The position numbers were made by a program, and so were the translations under genes. From Woeseiaceae bacterium (lineage in GTDB: Bacteria > Pseudomonadota > Gammaproteobacteria > Steroidobacterales > Woeseiaceae): DNA of 64,000 nucleotides. The notes under the pieces are model-generated. The model was not told where the DNA came from. It was given only the letters and a program-made list of their open reading frames with translations, and searched no databases. The stretch covers positions 10,731 through 74,730 of the forward strand of contig JASJBG010000005.1 in the NCBI GenBank assembly GCA_030066625.1. Direction: 5' to 3'. Below are positions 1 through 10,152 of this stretch, one piece after another. Each line of letters starts with the position of its first letter. The first letter of the stretch is position 1.

Positions 1-1170
1 ATCGGCGCCGTTGTTGCCTTCTTCCTCGTCCAGCGCCGTCACGAGCGCGACCTTCAGCCCGCCCGGTGCGTACTGGTCGAGCGTATTCAGCAGGTCGATC
101 GGCCACTCCGGTACAGACGTCGTCAACAGGTCTTCCGGCAGCTCGAAGTTTGCGATCGGGCCGCGGTAGCCGCGCCGCCGCGTAAATTCGAGCAGGCCGT
201 TCCGGAGCGCGTAGTTGGCGCCGGTCTGCATGCGCGAATCGATCGATGTGACGACCTGGTAGCCGGCGGAGTAGGTTGCCTCGCCGTAGCGCTCGAGCAT
301 CTCGCGCCTGACCATCTCCGCGACGTAGCCGGCCTCGAGCTCGACGGCGGTACCGTGGAGTTCCGATTCCATCGGCAACGACATGGCTTCGTCGTATTGC
401 TCGCGGTTGATGTAGCCAAGGTTGTACATGCGGCCGAGCACATAGCTCCGTCGCACCTCGGCGTTCGCCGCACTGCGTACCGGGTTGTAGCGTGACGGTG
501 CCGGCAGTACGCCCGCCAGCGTCGCCGCCTCGGCAATGTTCAGGTCTTCGAGCGGCTTGTTGAAGTACACCTGCGAAGCTGCTGCCACACCGTAAGCGCG
601 CTGGCCGAAGAACATCTTGTTGAGGAACAGCGCCATGATCTGTTCCTTCGTGAATTCCTGTTCGATCTTCCAGGCGAGGAACGCTTCGCGGATCTTGCGC
701 GTGTACACACGTTCGCGGGACAGGAAGTAGTCGCGCGCGAGCTGCTGCGTCAGCGTGCTGCCGCCGGCTTTGACGTCACCCGTCGTGACCAGCTGGAACA
801 CGGCGCGCATCACGCCGACATAGTCGACGCCGGGATGCTCGAAGAAGCGTCGGTCCTCGGCGGCGATGAATGCCTGCACGACGTGCTCGGGCACATCGTC
901 ATAGGTCACGAGGATGCGGCGGCGCTCGCCGATTTCGGATATCAGGCGACCGTCGCGGCTGTAGATCCTGAGCGGAATCTGCAGCGGGATGTCGCGGATG
1001 GTCTCGGCCTCGGGAAGGCTCGGCGCAACGTAGTAATAAGCGCCGATCACGGCGGCCACACCGCCGATCACGCTGGTTATACCGAGTCCAAACAGCACGA
1101 CCAAGACTCGCAGCCAACGGCCGCGAGACTTGTGACCTGCGTCCCTGTTCCTTTTTCGTGTCTCTTGCAT
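1..1170 (-). CDS. mrcA: Penicillin-binding protein 1A, N-terminal part (TM anchor plus transglycosylase domain); gene runs off the window start
   Basis: Absent from the ORF track because it has no in-window stop. The reverse complement from the ATG at 1170-1168 reads MQETRKRNRDAGHKSRGRWLRVLVVLFGLGITSVIGG..., then ...AAEDRRFFEHPGVDY... and ...GGSTLTQQLARDYFL (glycosyltransferase-51 motifs). It is divergent from pilM, as is usual. Confidence 0.85.
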   Translation of the reverse strand, partial: MQETRKRNRDAGHKSRGRWLRVLVVLFGLGITSVIGGVAAVIGAYYYVAPSLPEAETIRDIPLQIPLRIYSRDGRLISEIGERRRILVTYDDVPEHVVQAFIAAEDRRFFEHPGVDYVGVMRAVFQLVTTGDVKAGGSTLTQQLARDYFLSRERVYTRKIREAFLAWKIEQEFTKEQIMALFLNKMFFGQRAYGVAAASQVYFNKPLEDLNIAEAATLAGVLPAPSRYNPVRSAANAEVRRSYVLGRMYNLGYINREQYDEAMSLPMESELHGTAVELEAGYVAEMVRREMLERYGEATYSAGYQVVTSIDSRMQTGANYALRNGLLEFTRRRGYRGPIANFELPEDLLTTSVPEWPIDLLNTLDQYAPGGLKVALVTALDEEEGNNGAD

Positions 1171-1542
1171 AGTCGCTGGCGTCCGTAGGTCAGGCCGTTT
1201 CGCGGGCTAAACGCTTAATAAGGAATGTGCTGGTCGCGGAGAGTACAGCGTACCGTGGTGTCGGTCTGGTGCGCGAAATGTGGCAATCCTGTGGCATCGA
1301 AGCTCGTGATCCCGGGAATCGCTTGCCCAAGCGTCCTACGGGTGGCTGGCACGGCGCCGATGATAGCGAGCGTCGGGTGGCCGAGGCAACGCTTCAGGCA
1401 GCGTTTTCAGGTCTCGTTGTGAGGCGCCGACCAGTTCACAGAATGCCGGACGCGCCAGCAGTAACATGCGTAGCCCGGGACCGTGAACGCAGTCACGTTT
1501 TATTTAACATTTTATTGATATATAGTTAAATCGATTTGCCTG

Positions 1543-1561
1543 AACCAATCTAGAATTGGTT
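1543..1561. promoter_or_regulatory. Inverted repeat AACCAAT-CTAGA-ATTGGTT about 28 nt upstream of the pilM start, inside an AT-rich patch (about 1495-1560)
   Basis: Perfect 7-bp arms read directly from the sequence. It lies in the 420-bp mrcA/pilM divergent intergenic region. Function (operator or leader hairpin) is unknown. Confidence 0.3.
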
Positions 1562-1588
1562 TGCAACTCACCGACTTAGAAGGGAAAA

Positions 1589-2653
1589 GTGGTGTTCTTC
1601 GGAAAGAAATCTCCCCCGTTATTGGGCCTCGATATAACGACCTCGTCGGTGAAGCTTATTGAGCTCTCGCAGAGCGGCAAACGCTTCCGGGTCGAGTCGT
1701 ATTCGGCCGAGCCCACACCCCCCAGTTCCGTCAGCGAAAAAGCCATCGTCGATGCCAAGGCCGTCGGTGAGGCGATTCGCCGCGCAGTGAAGCGCGCCGG
1801 CGCAAAAGCAACCGATGTTGCTGTTGCCATTTCCGGTGACGCAGCCATCACCAAGGTTATCCAGATGCCGGCGAGTCTCTCCGAGCGAGACCTCGAAGGC
1901 CAGGTCGAGATCCAGGCTGACCAGTACATCCCCTTCCCCATGGAAGAGGTGAGCTTCGACTACGAGATCGTCGGTCCGAACGAAAAGGATCCCGAGCTCA
2001 TGGACGTGCTGCTGGTTGCAACGCGTACCGATAACGTCGAACAGCGCCAGGCCGCGGTTACTGCTGCCGGTCTTGCAACGCAGGTTGTCGATGTCGAAGC
2101 GTTCGCGCTCGAGAATGCCTGCGCACTGCTGTCGCACCAGATTCCCGACGGCGGCATGGGCCAGTCGGTCGCCGTTGTCGACATCGGTGCATCGTCGACG
2201 ACCTTCAGTGTGCTGCAGGATCTCAAAGTCATCTATACGCGTGACTTCAACTTCGGTGGCCAGCAGCTCACCGAGGAAATCATGCGTACCTACGGTCTGT
2301 CGATGGAAGACGCCGGCCGTGCCAAGAAGCAGGGCGGCCTGCCGTCGAACTACCAGCCCGAGGTTCTCGAGCCGTTCATCGACGACATGACCCAGCAGGT
2401 CAGCCGCTCGCTGCAGTTCTACCTTGCCTCGGGTGGTGGTCGTGAGCAGCCGGACATGATCCTGGTCTGCGGCGGCTGCGCGAACATCCCTGGCATTTCC
2501 GACGTCATCTCGAGCCGCGTCGGTATCCCGACCGAGGTCGGCGATCCGCTGGGCCAGATGAAGATCTCGTCGAAAGCCAAGTCGCAGGGCGTACACAAAG
2601 ATGCAACGGCGTTGCTGACTGCGTGCGGACTTGCATTGAGGAGCTTTGACTAA
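1589..2653 (+). CDS. pilM: Type IV pilus assembly ATPase-like protein PilM
   Basis: GTG start preceded by AAGGGAAAAG. The N-terminus ...LLGLDITTSSVKLIELS... and the actin-like fold pattern are typical of PilM. First gene of the pilMNOPQ order. Confidence 0.95.
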   Translation: MVFFGKKSPPLLGLDITTSSVKLIELSQSGKRFRVESYSAEPTPPSSVSEKAIVDAKAVGEAIRRAVKRAGAKATDVAVAISGDAAITKVIQMPASLSERDLEGQVEIQADQYIPFPMEEVSFDYEIVGPNEKDPELMDVLLVATRTDNVEQRQAAVTAAGLATQVVDVEAFALENACALLSHQIPDGGMGQSVAVVDIGASSTTFSVLQDLKVIYTRDFNFGGQQLTEEIMRTYGLSMEDAGRAKKQGGLPSNYQPEVLEPFIDDMTQQVSRSLQFYLASGGGREQPDMILVCGGCANIPGISDVISSRVGIPTEVGDPLGQMKISSKAKSQGVHKDATALLTACGLALRSFD

Positions 2654-3219
2654 TGCCACGCATTAACCTACTCCCCTGGCGCGAGGAAGAGCGCAAGAAA
2701 CGCCAGTACGAGTTCGGCGTCGCGATGATCGGTGCGGTCGTGGCCGCGGCCGGTGTGGTCATCCTGACGATGTTCGCGTACTCGGGAATGATCTCGGCAC
2801 AGGAAGCCCGTAACGAGCGCCTGCGCGCCGAGATCGCCGAGATAGAAAAGAGTATCGAGGAAATCGACAGCCTCGAGCGCCAGAAGGAACGCCTGCTGGC
2901 GCGCATGGAAATCATCGACCAGCTGCAGAAGAGCCGGCCGGAGATCGTCCACCTGTTCGACGAACTTTCGCGGCAGCTTCCCGAGGGTGTTTACCTGACC
3001 GGCATGCAGCAGCGCGGTTCGCGCGTCGAGCTTCGCGGCGTCGCCCAGTCGAGCACGCGAGTCTCGGCGCTGATGCGCCAGATCGACTCCTCCGAGTGGC
3101 TGGCGGATCCCGAAGTAGAGAAGGTCGAGACGACGACCGAGGGTTCCGCGCGACAGGCCGAGTTCGTCGTGTATCTCAGACAGGTACGCATGGATGACGA
3201 CCTGGAGGAGGCCGAATGA
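2653..3219 (+). CDS. pilN: Type IV pilus assembly protein PilN
   Basis: MPRINLLPWREE... hallmark N-terminus, single TM, coiled region. TAATG overlap with pilM. Confidence 0.9.
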   Translation: MPRINLLPWREEERKKRQYEFGVAMIGAVVAAAGVVILTMFAYSGMISAQEARNERLRAEIAEIEKSIEEIDSLERQKERLLARMEIIDQLQKSRPEIVHLFDELSRQLPEGVYLTGMQQRGSRVELRGVAQSSTRVSALMRQIDSSEWLADPEVEKVETTTEGSARQAEFVVYLRQVRMDDDLEEAE

Positions 3220-3812
3220 ATCTCGTAGAAGAACTCAAGAGCCTCGACGTCAATGACGTCGGTCGCTGGCCGCTGGTATTCCGCGCTGCCGTCATCGGCA
3301 TCGTGTTCCTGGCCGTGACGTTCCTGGGCGTCTGGTTCATGATCGTGCAGGACAAGTCGCCGCTCCTCGAGCGTGCCGAGCAGGAAGAGCAGGATCTCCG
3401 CCTGTCGTTCGAGAACAAGCAGCGCAAGGCGGCAAACTACGACGCCTACAAGGACCAGCTCGAAGAGATCGAGCAGTCCTTCGGCACGATGCTCAGGCAG
3501 TTGCCGGGTGAAACCGAGATCCCGAGCCTGATCGTTGACATTTCGCAGACCGGCCTCGCGTCGGGCCTGCAGGAAAAACTGTTCCAGCCGCAGCCGGAAA
3601 TCCCGAAGGATTTCTACGCCGAGAAGCCGATCAAGATTCAGCTCTCGGGCGGCTACCATGAAATCGCGAATTTCGTCTCCGGCGTTGCGTCCCTGCCGCG
3701 TATTGTGACCCTGCACAACATCACGATCACGCCCGAGGATGCCAACAACTTCGATCAGCTGAGCCTCGAAGTCACCGCACAGACCTACCGTTATCTTGAG
3801 GAGGCGCAATGA
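3216..3812 (+). CDS. pilO: Type IV pilus assembly protein PilO
   Basis: Position in the operon, a single TM (WPLVFRAAVIGIVFLAV) and size. ATGA overlap with pilN. Confidence 0.9.
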   Translation: MNLVEELKSLDVNDVGRWPLVFRAAVIGIVFLAVTFLGVWFMIVQDKSPLLERAEQEEQDLRLSFENKQRKAANYDAYKDQLEEIEQSFGTMLRQLPGETEIPSLIVDISQTGLASGLQEKLFQPQPEIPKDFYAEKPIKIQLSGGYHEIANFVSGVASLPRIVTLHNITITPEDANNFDQLSLEVTAQTYRYLEEAQ

Positions 3813-4336
3813 TGAAAGCTTCTCTCAACATTCTGAAGGTGACGGTCGCCGCGTTCGCGCTTGCGGGTCTCACGGCCTGCGGCGCTGACATGGACGACCT
3901 CGATACCTATATCAACGAGATCAAGGCCAAGCCGGGCGGCCGCATCGAGCCGCTGCCGGAAATTACGCCGTACGAGTCGTTCACCTACATAGCGGACGTC
4001 GACGGTGTGCGTTCACCGTTCCGTCCGGACACGCCGCAGGCGGCCAGTTCGACGAGTGGCATTACGATCGATACGAGTCGCGTCAAGGAACACCTCGAGA
4101 CGTTCCCGCTGGATACGCTGCGCATGGTCGGCACGCTGAACATGAACGAGACCGCGTATGGCCTCGTACAAACGTCTGACGGCCTGATCCACCGCGTCAT
4201 CCCGGGCAACTACATGGGACAGAATGACGGCCGGATCACGGAAATATCGGACTCGGAAATCAAACTGGTTGAAATTATTTCTGACGGGATCGGCGGCTAT
4301 GTGGAGAGAGATGCCGCCGTTGGTCTTACGGACTGA
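3809..4336 (+). CDS. pilP: Type IV pilus assembly lipoprotein PilP
   Basis: Lipobox LAGLTAC, size and position between pilO and pilQ. Confidence 0.85.
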   Translation: MMKASLNILKVTVAAFALAGLTACGADMDDLDTYINEIKAKPGGRIEPLPEITPYESFTYIADVDGVRSPFRPDTPQAASSTSGITIDTSRVKEHLETFPLDTLRMVGTLNMNETAYGLVQTSDGLIHRVIPGNYMGQNDGRITEISDSEIKLVEIISDGIGGYVERDAAVGLTD

Positions 4337-4358
4337 TGCCTGAACGAACTGGGAGTAA

Positions 4359-6560
4359 ATGGGAATGGCGTTCAATATGAAATCGACAGTCGGTCAACGC
4401 ACGCGGGTGCTTCGACTTGCTGCTATGGCACAGGCCGTATTCCTGCTGTTCGCGGGGCTTTCCGCGAGCGCGCAGGAGGGCAATCGCCTGCAGGACATCC
4501 AGGTTCAGAGCCTGCCCGGACAGCGGGTCGAGCTGAAGCTGATCATGAGCGAATCGGCGCCTGAGCCGCTCGCGTTCACGATCGACAACCCGGCGCGAAT
4601 TGCACTCGACCTGCCGGATACTGCGCTTGCCCTGTCGTCGCGACGTCGCGACGTCAACATGGGTCCGCTCGATACGATCCTGACCGCGGAGGCCAACGGC
4701 CGCACGCGCGTCGTCCTGAATCTCGACACGATGGTTGCCTACGAGACCCGCGCCGCAGGCAATACCGTTACCGTTCTGCTTGGCGACAGCGGCGAATACA
4801 ACGCCGGTACCACCCAGTTTACTGCCGCCACGCCGACCTCGACCTCGACGTCGTACACGCCGCCGACCAACCGCGGCATCACGAACGTCGATTTCCGCCG
4901 TACGCGAGACGGCGGTGGCCGCGTCATCGTCAACCTGACGGATCCGGGTACGCCCGTGGACATCCGCCAGGAAGGTGGTCGCGTCGTCGCAATCTTCAAG
5001 GACACGTCGCTGCCGGCAGAGCTCATGCGCCGCCTCGACGTCATGGACTTCGCAACGCCGGTACAGACGGTCGATACGCTGCGCACGAATCTCGATACGC
5101 GCATCGTCATTACCGCTGACGGCAAGTACGAGCAGCTCGCTTACCAGTCCGACAACGAGTTCACGATCGAGGTGAACCCGGTTGCCGAGACCCAGGAAGA
5201 AGGCTCGACGCTGTTCTCCGAAGCCAAGGAATACGAAGGCCAGCGCCTGACGCTGAACTTCCAGGACATCGAGACGCGCGCGGTGCTGCAGCTGCTCGCC
5301 GAAACCTCGGGCCGCAACATCGTCGTTTCCGACACGGTGCAGGGCAACGTCACGCTGCGACTGCGCAACGTGCCGTGGGACCAGGCGCTCGATATCGTCA
5401 TGACGACGAAAGGCCTGGACATGCGCCAGAACGGCAACGTGATCATCGTTGCACCGGCCGAGGAAATCGCGGCTCGCGAGACCGCGGACCTCGAAGCCAA
5501 GGCGGCGATCAGCGAGCTCGAGCCGCTGTACTCCGAGTTCCTGCAGGTCAACTACGCGAAGGCCGGTGACCTCGCCGACCTGATCGCGGGTGAAGGCGCG
5601 AACTCGCTGCTCTCGGAACGCGGCAGCATCGCGGTCGACGATCGCACGAACACGCTGCTGGTCAACGACACCGCTGCGCGCCTTCAGGACATTCGCCGGA
5701 TGGTGACGACGCTCGATATCCCGATCAAGCAGGTACTGATCGAGTCGCGCATCGTTGTTGTCAACGACGACTTCAGCCGCGACCTCGGCATCCGCCTCGG
5801 TGTGACCGCGGCAGATCAGCGTGGCGAGACGCTGTGGCTGACATCGGCAGCGGGCGAAGGCACCGACACGATGGTCAACTCGGCGCTGGCCAACATCAAC
5901 GATCCGACGAACCCCAACCCGGGTTCGCCGTTCCCGATCCAGATTCCGTCGCTCGGCAACCGTTACAACGTTAACGTGCCGATCGAGAATCCGGCCGGTC
6001 GCTTCTCGCTCGCGGTCCTGAACCCGGACTACCTGGTCGACCTCGAGCTCACGGCACTGGAAGCCGAGGGTCGAGGTGAGATCGTGTCGACGCCGCGCGT
6101 CATCACGGCAAACCAGAAAGAGGCACGCATCGAGCAGGGTGTGGAAATTCCGTACCAGCAGTCAGCATCCTCGGGCGCGACCACGATTCAGTTCAAGAAG
6201 GCCGTGCTCAGCCTGACGGTGACGCCGCAGATTACGCCTGACAACAACATCATCATGGACCTGGCCGTGAACAAGGACAGCGTCGGTGAGGTGATTTCGA
6301 CGGGTGGCCTCGGCGGCACGGTACCGAGTATCGATACCCGCCAGGTCGAGACGCAGGTACTCGTCGCTGACGGCCAGACGGTCGTCCTCGGCGGCATCTA
6401 CGAGACGGAGCGTCGCGAGACGATCAGCAAGGTTCCGTTCCTCGGTGATATCCCGGTTGTCGGCTACGCGTTCCGCTCCAAGCAGCGCGTGGACAACAAG
6501 GCGGAGCTGTTGATCTTCGTCACCCCGCGGATCATCGAGGAAGGCGGTAGCATCTACTAA
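4359..6560 (+). CDS. pilQ: Type IV pilus secretin PilQ
   Basis: Two AMIN-like N-terminal modules, then a secretin core (...VLIESRIVVV..., ...TPRVITANQKEARIEQG..., ...VPFLGDIPVVGYAFR...ELLIFVTPRI). Confidence 0.95.
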   Translation: MGMAFNMKSTVGQRTRVLRLAAMAQAVFLLFAGLSASAQEGNRLQDIQVQSLPGQRVELKLIMSESAPEPLAFTIDNPARIALDLPDTALALSSRRRDVNMGPLDTILTAEANGRTRVVLNLDTMVAYETRAAGNTVTVLLGDSGEYNAGTTQFTAATPTSTSTSYTPPTNRGITNVDFRRTRDGGGRVIVNLTDPGTPVDIRQEGGRVVAIFKDTSLPAELMRRLDVMDFATPVQTVDTLRTNLDTRIVITADGKYEQLAYQSDNEFTIEVNPVAETQEEGSTLFSEAKEYEGQRLTLNFQDIETRAVLQLLAETSGRNIVVSDTVQGNVTLRLRNVPWDQALDIVMTTKGLDMRQNGNVIIVAPAEEIAARETADLEAKAAISELEPLYSEFLQVNYAKAGDLADLIAGEGANSLLSERGSIAVDDRTNTLLVNDTAARLQDIRRMVTTLDIPIKQVLIESRIVVVNDDFSRDLGIRLGVTAADQRGETLWLTSAAGEGTDTMVNSALANINDPTNPNPGSPFPIQIPSLGNRYNVNVPIENPAGRFSLAVLNPDYLVDLELTALEAEGRGEIVSTPRVITANQKEARIEQGVEIPYQQSASSGATTIQFKKAVLSLTVTPQITPDNNIIMDLAVNKDSVGEVISTGGLGGTVPSIDTRQVETQVLVADGQTVVLGGIYETERRETISKVPFLGDIPVVGYAFRSKQRVDNKAELLIFVTPRIIEEGGSIY

Positions 6561-6583
6561 GCCGACTCGTATAAAGTCCATGG

Positions 6584-6607
6584 AAAGCCAACCTCCGGGT
6601 TGGCTTT
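6584..6607 (+). terminator. Hairpin AAAGCCAACC-TCCG-GGTTGGCTTT after pilQ (possible partial terminator or attenuator before aroK)
   Basis: Perfect 10-bp stem with a 4-nt loop, 24 nt after the pilQ stop. It is followed by CTGTTATCTG, a weak T tract. Confidence 0.5.
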
Positions 6608-6630
6608 CTGTTATCTGAGCACGCCAACAC

Positions 6631-7143
6631 ATGAAGCATCCGAAAAACGTGTTTCTCATCGGACCGATGGGTGCGGGCAAGTCGGCCGTCGGCCGTCAGC
6701 TTGCGCGGATGCTGCACCTTTCCTTCGTCGATTCGGACGAGGAGATCGAATCGCGCACCGGCGTCGATATTCCCTTCATCTTCGAGAAAGAAGGCGAAGA
6801 GGGTTTTCGCACACGCGAGGCCAAGGTCATCGACGATCTATCCGGCCGCGACGGGATCGTGCTCGCCACTGGCGGTGGTGCCGTCATCGATCGGCAAAGC
6901 CGCAGTCACCTGGGCGCTCGTGGCTTCGTGGTCTACCTGAAGACCAGCGTCGACCAGCAGCTGGCGCGGACGCGCCGGGGCCGCGACCGGCCCCTGCTCG
7001 AGCAGGACGACCCGCGCGTGGTCCTCGAGCAGCTGATGCTCACCCGCGAACCGATGTACCTCGAGATCGCCGACCTGACGGTCGACACGGACGGCCGCAA
7101 GGTGAATGCCGTCGCCAACGAGATCTACGAGGCCATAACCTGA
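6631..7143 (+). CDS. aroK: Shikimate kinase
   Basis: P-loop [13 protein letters not shown], size 170 aa, conserved pilQ-aroK-aroB synteny. Confidence 0.95.
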   Translation: MKHPKNVFLIGPMGAGKSAVGRQLARMLHLSFVDSDEEIESRTGVDIPFIFEKEGEEGFRTREAKVIDDLSGRDGIVLATGGGAVIDRQSRSHLGARGFVVYLKTSVDQQLARTRRGRDRPLLEQDDPRVVLEQLMLTREPMYLEIADLTVDTDGRKVNAVANEIYEAIT

Positions 7144-7210
7144 GCCCATACCCCGGCGGCTCCGCCTGCCGGGGGAGACTGATCGCGCGATCGCGGGTAT
7201 CTTTCGGGGA

Positions 7211-8275
7211 ATGACAGAGACGCTCACAGTCGATCTCGGCAATCGCAGCTACCCAATCATCATTGGCCGCGAACTGCTCGGCGGCGGTTTCGACCTCAGC
7301 CGCTATGTCGCAGGATCGGGCTGCCTCGTGGTCTCCAACGAGACGGTTGCACCGCTCTATCTCGACGCGCTCGAGGCATGCCTCGGCGACAAGCATGTAG
7401 ATTCGCTGGCGCTTCCCGACGGCGAGGCTTACAAGACACTCGATACGCTGTCGAGGGTCCTGGACAAGCTGGTCGATACGAAAGCGGCCCGCGATACAAC
7501 GGTGATCGCACTCGGCGGTGGCGTCGTTGGCGACATCACGGGTTTTGCGGCGGCCTGCTATATGCGCGGCGTTGCGTTCATCCAGGTGCCGACCACGCTG
7601 CTGGCGCAGGTGGATTCGTCAGTCGGTGGCAAGACCGGCGTCAACCACACGGGCGGCAAGAACCTGGTCGGCGCTTTTCACCAGCCGAGGCTGGTGCTCA
7701 TCGATACCGACACGCTGGGCACCCTGCCCGACCGCGAGCTCAAGGCCGGCCTAGCCGAGGTCATCAAGCACGGCGCGATCGTCGATGCCGACTTCTTTGC
7801 GTGGCTCGAGGTCAACATGGAAGCATTGCTCGCGCGCGAGCCCGATGCACTCGCACACGCAATCCGCCGATCCTGCGAGATCAAAGCCGAAGTCGTTGCG
7901 GAAGACGAGCGCGAGGCGGGTCGGCGCGCCATCCTGAACTTCGGCCATACCTTCGGCCACGCGATTGAGCGCTGCCAGGGCTACGGCGACTGGCTGCACG
8001 GCGAGGCCGTGGCGGCCGGCATGATCATGGCCGCGCGGCTGAGCGACATCGGCGATGATGCCGTGGACCGATTGACGGCGCTGGTCGCAAACGCCGGCCT
8101 GCCCGTGATGCCCCCCGGCATCGGCGCGGACGCGATGATGGAAGCGATGGGTCTCGACAAGAAGGTGGTCGCCAACCGTCTGCGCTTCGTCCTGCTTGAA
8201 CGCTTAGGCGCCGCAATCGTTACTTCCGAATACGACCCCGAGCGACTGGCGGCCACGCTGGAGGCCGCGAACTGA
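7211..8275 (+). CDS. aroB: 3-dehydroquinate synthase
   Basis: GGGVVGDITGFAAACYMRGVAFIQVPTTLLAQVDSSVGGKTGVN and HGEAVAAGM motifs. Confidence 0.95.
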   Translation: MTETLTVDLGNRSYPIIIGRELLGGGFDLSRYVAGSGCLVVSNETVAPLYLDALEACLGDKHVDSLALPDGEAYKTLDTLSRVLDKLVDTKAARDTTVIALGGGVVGDITGFAAACYMRGVAFIQVPTTLLAQVDSSVGGKTGVNHTGGKNLVGAFHQPRLVLIDTDTLGTLPDRELKAGLAEVIKHGAIVDADFFAWLEVNMEALLAREPDALAHAIRRSCEIKAEVVAEDEREAGRRAILNFGHTFGHAIERCQGYGDWLHGEAVAAGMIMAARLSDIGDDAVDRLTALVANAGLPVMPPGIGADAMMEAMGLDKKVVANRLRFVLLERLGAAIVTSEYDPERLAATLEAAN

Positions 8276-9402
8276 TGCCCGGCGGCCTCGCGCCTTACGC
8301 GGCCGATGCGTCGCGTTCGCGAGGGCGGCGATACGACGAGCCGCCGGCCGCCTACCGGGGCGAGTACCAGCGCGACCGCGACCGCATCATTCACTCGACC
8401 GCTTTCCGCCGGCTCATCTACAAGACGCAGGTGTTCGTCAATCACGAGGGCGACCTGTACCGGACACGGCTCACGCATTCGATCGAGGTATCCCAGATCG
8501 GCCGCACGGTTGCGCTGGCGCTCGATCTCAACGAGCCGCTCACCGAAGCGATCTGTCTCGCCCACGACCTCGGCCACACTCCGTTCGGACACGCCGGCCA
8601 GGACACGCTTAACGAGTGCATGCGCGACTACGGTGGATTCGAGCACAACCTGCAGTCGCTCAGGGTCGTGGACGAGCTCGAGGCAAAGTACGCGGACTTT
8701 CCCGGCCTCAACCTGATGTTCGAGACGCGCGAAGGCATCCTCAAGCACTGTTCGCGATCCAACGCGGAGCAGCTCGGCGACGTTGGCGAACGCTTTCTAA
8801 AGCGTGAGCAGCCTGGCCTCGAGGCGCAGATCGCGAATATCGTCGACGCGATTGCGTACAACAATCACGATGTCGACGACGGCTTCCGCGCCGGGCTGAT
8901 TTCGCTCGAGCAACTCAACGAGCAGCCGCTGTTCAAGGCGCAGTACGAGGCCGTGCAGGAACGCCACCCGGGTCTCGAGGACCGAAGGCTGATCTACGAG
9001 ATCATCCGCCGCATGATCGATACGGTCGTCACCGACCTCATCAGCGAGACTCAGAGGAACCTCGATGAACAGAAGCCCCGATCCATCGACGACGTGCGCA
9101 AGGCGGGCCGGCCGCTGGTGACGATGTCGGAAGATGTCGGCGCAGAGCACCTGGGACTCAAGCGTTTCCTGAATCAACACCTGTATCGGCACGAGAAGAA
9201 GCTCGAAATGACCGGGCGTGTGCAGACCGTGCTGCGCGAGCTGTTCGACATGTTCCTCCGCGATACCGGGACGATGCCGGCCGAGTTCGCGAACAAGGCA
9301 AAGGGCCTCGACACTGCCGGTCAGGCTCGCGTGGTCGCTGACTATCTCGCCGGGATGACCGACCGCTACGCAATTGCCGAGCACGAGCGACTCGTTGGCT
9401 GA
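8275..9402 (+). CDS. dGTP triphosphohydrolase-like HD-domain protein (type 2 dGTPase family)
   Basis: YQRDRDRIIHSTAFRRL, RLTHSIEVSQIGR and AHDLGHTPFGHAG motifs. One-nt overlap with the aroB stop. Confidence 0.9.
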   Translation: MPGGLAPYAADASRSRGRRYDEPPAAYRGEYQRDRDRIIHSTAFRRLIYKTQVFVNHEGDLYRTRLTHSIEVSQIGRTVALALDLNEPLTEAICLAHDLGHTPFGHAGQDTLNECMRDYGGFEHNLQSLRVVDELEAKYADFPGLNLMFETREGILKHCSRSNAEQLGDVGERFLKREQPGLEAQIANIVDAIAYNNHDVDDGFRAGLISLEQLNEQPLFKAQYEAVQERHPGLEDRRLIYEIIRRMIDTVVTDLISETQRNLDEQKPRSIDDVRKAGRPLVTMSEDVGAEHLGLKRFLNQHLYRHEKKLEMTGRVQTVLRELFDMFLRDTGTMPAEFANKAKGLDTAGQARVVADYLAGMTDRYAIAEHERLVG

Positions 9403-9441
9403 TAGAATGCTGCGCCGTTATCCCAAGGACCCGGCCCCATC

Positions 9442-10152
9442 GTGACACCCAAGAACATCCCTTCACGGGACCGCCTGATCTTTGCCATGGACGTGCCCGA
9501 CTGCGATCGTGCCCGGGAGCTGGCCGAGGAGCTCGGCGGGTCGGTCACTTTCTACAAGATCGGCCTCGAGCTCATGATGAGTGGCGGTTATTTCGAGCTG
9601 CTCGACTGGCTGCTTGAACGCGACAAGAAGGTCTTTTGCGACCTGAAGTTCTTCGACATCCCCGCGACGGTAGGCTCGGCAGTGCGCCAGCTCAAGGACC
9701 GCGGCGCGAGCTTCGTCACCGTGCACGGCAACCGCTCGATCATGGAAGCGGCGGCGGAGAACAAGGGTGATACGCTCAAGGTACTCGGCGTGACGGTGCT
9801 GACGAGCCTGGATCGCGGCGATCTCGACGATCTCGGCTTCGACTGCGACATCGACGAGCTGGTCCTGTCGCGTGCCCGGCAGGCTCTGGAGGCAGGCTGC
9901 GACGGCGTGATCTCGTCGGGCCTCGAGATTCCGAAGCTCCGGGAGTTCGTTGACGAGCAGCTGCTCGTCGTGTCGCCCGGCATACGGCCCGTGGACAACA
10001 AACCCGTCGGCGACCAGAAACGCGTCGTGACGGTCGAGACCGCCTTTTCCAACGGCGCCGACCATATCGTCGTCGGCCGGCCGATTCGCGACGCGGCAAG
10101 CCCGCGTGCGGCCGCCGAGGCCATCCAGGCAACCATTGCGGAGCAGTTCTAA
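9442..10152 (+). CDS. pyrF: Orotidine 5'-phosphate decarboxylase
   Basis: LIFAMDV..., FYKIGLEL and DLKFFDIPATV motifs. GTG start. Confidence 0.9.
   Translation: MTPKNIPSRDRLIFAMDVPDCDRARELAEELGGSVTFYKIGLELMMSGGYFELLDWLLERDKKVFCDLKFFDIPATVGSAVRQLKDRGASFVTVHGNRSIMEAAAENKGDTLKVLGVTVLTSLDRGDLDDLGFDCDIDELVLSRARQALEAGCDGVISSGLEIPKLREFVDEQLLVVSPGIRPVDNKPVGDQKRVVTVETAFSNGADHIVVGRPIRDAASPRAAAEAIQATIAEQF

Noticed and set aside
1225-1529. Two overlapping ORFs (65 and 100 aa) in the mrcA-pilM intergenic region.
   Set aside because: They have no ribosome-binding site, an odd Cys/Arg/Trp-rich composition and no GC3 bias. Treated as non-coding.
1619-2659. 346-aa antisense ORF across pilM. The same class includes 17026-18774(+), 20294-21607(-), 27197-28495(+), 29562-30884(-), 31180-32349(-), 43789-45474(-), 47301-48620(+), 58369-60174(+) and 60421-61410(+).
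   Set aside because: These are shadow ORFs typical of high-GC DNA. Their translations are Arg/Ala/Gly/Pro/Asp-rich with no motifs. The opposite strand in each case encodes a protein with clear family signatures and GC-rich third positions.
6600-7214. 204-aa ORF overlapping aroK in another frame.
   Set aside because: The translation is Arg/Pro/Gly-rich. The aroK frame carries the P-loop and matches the shikimate kinase length.
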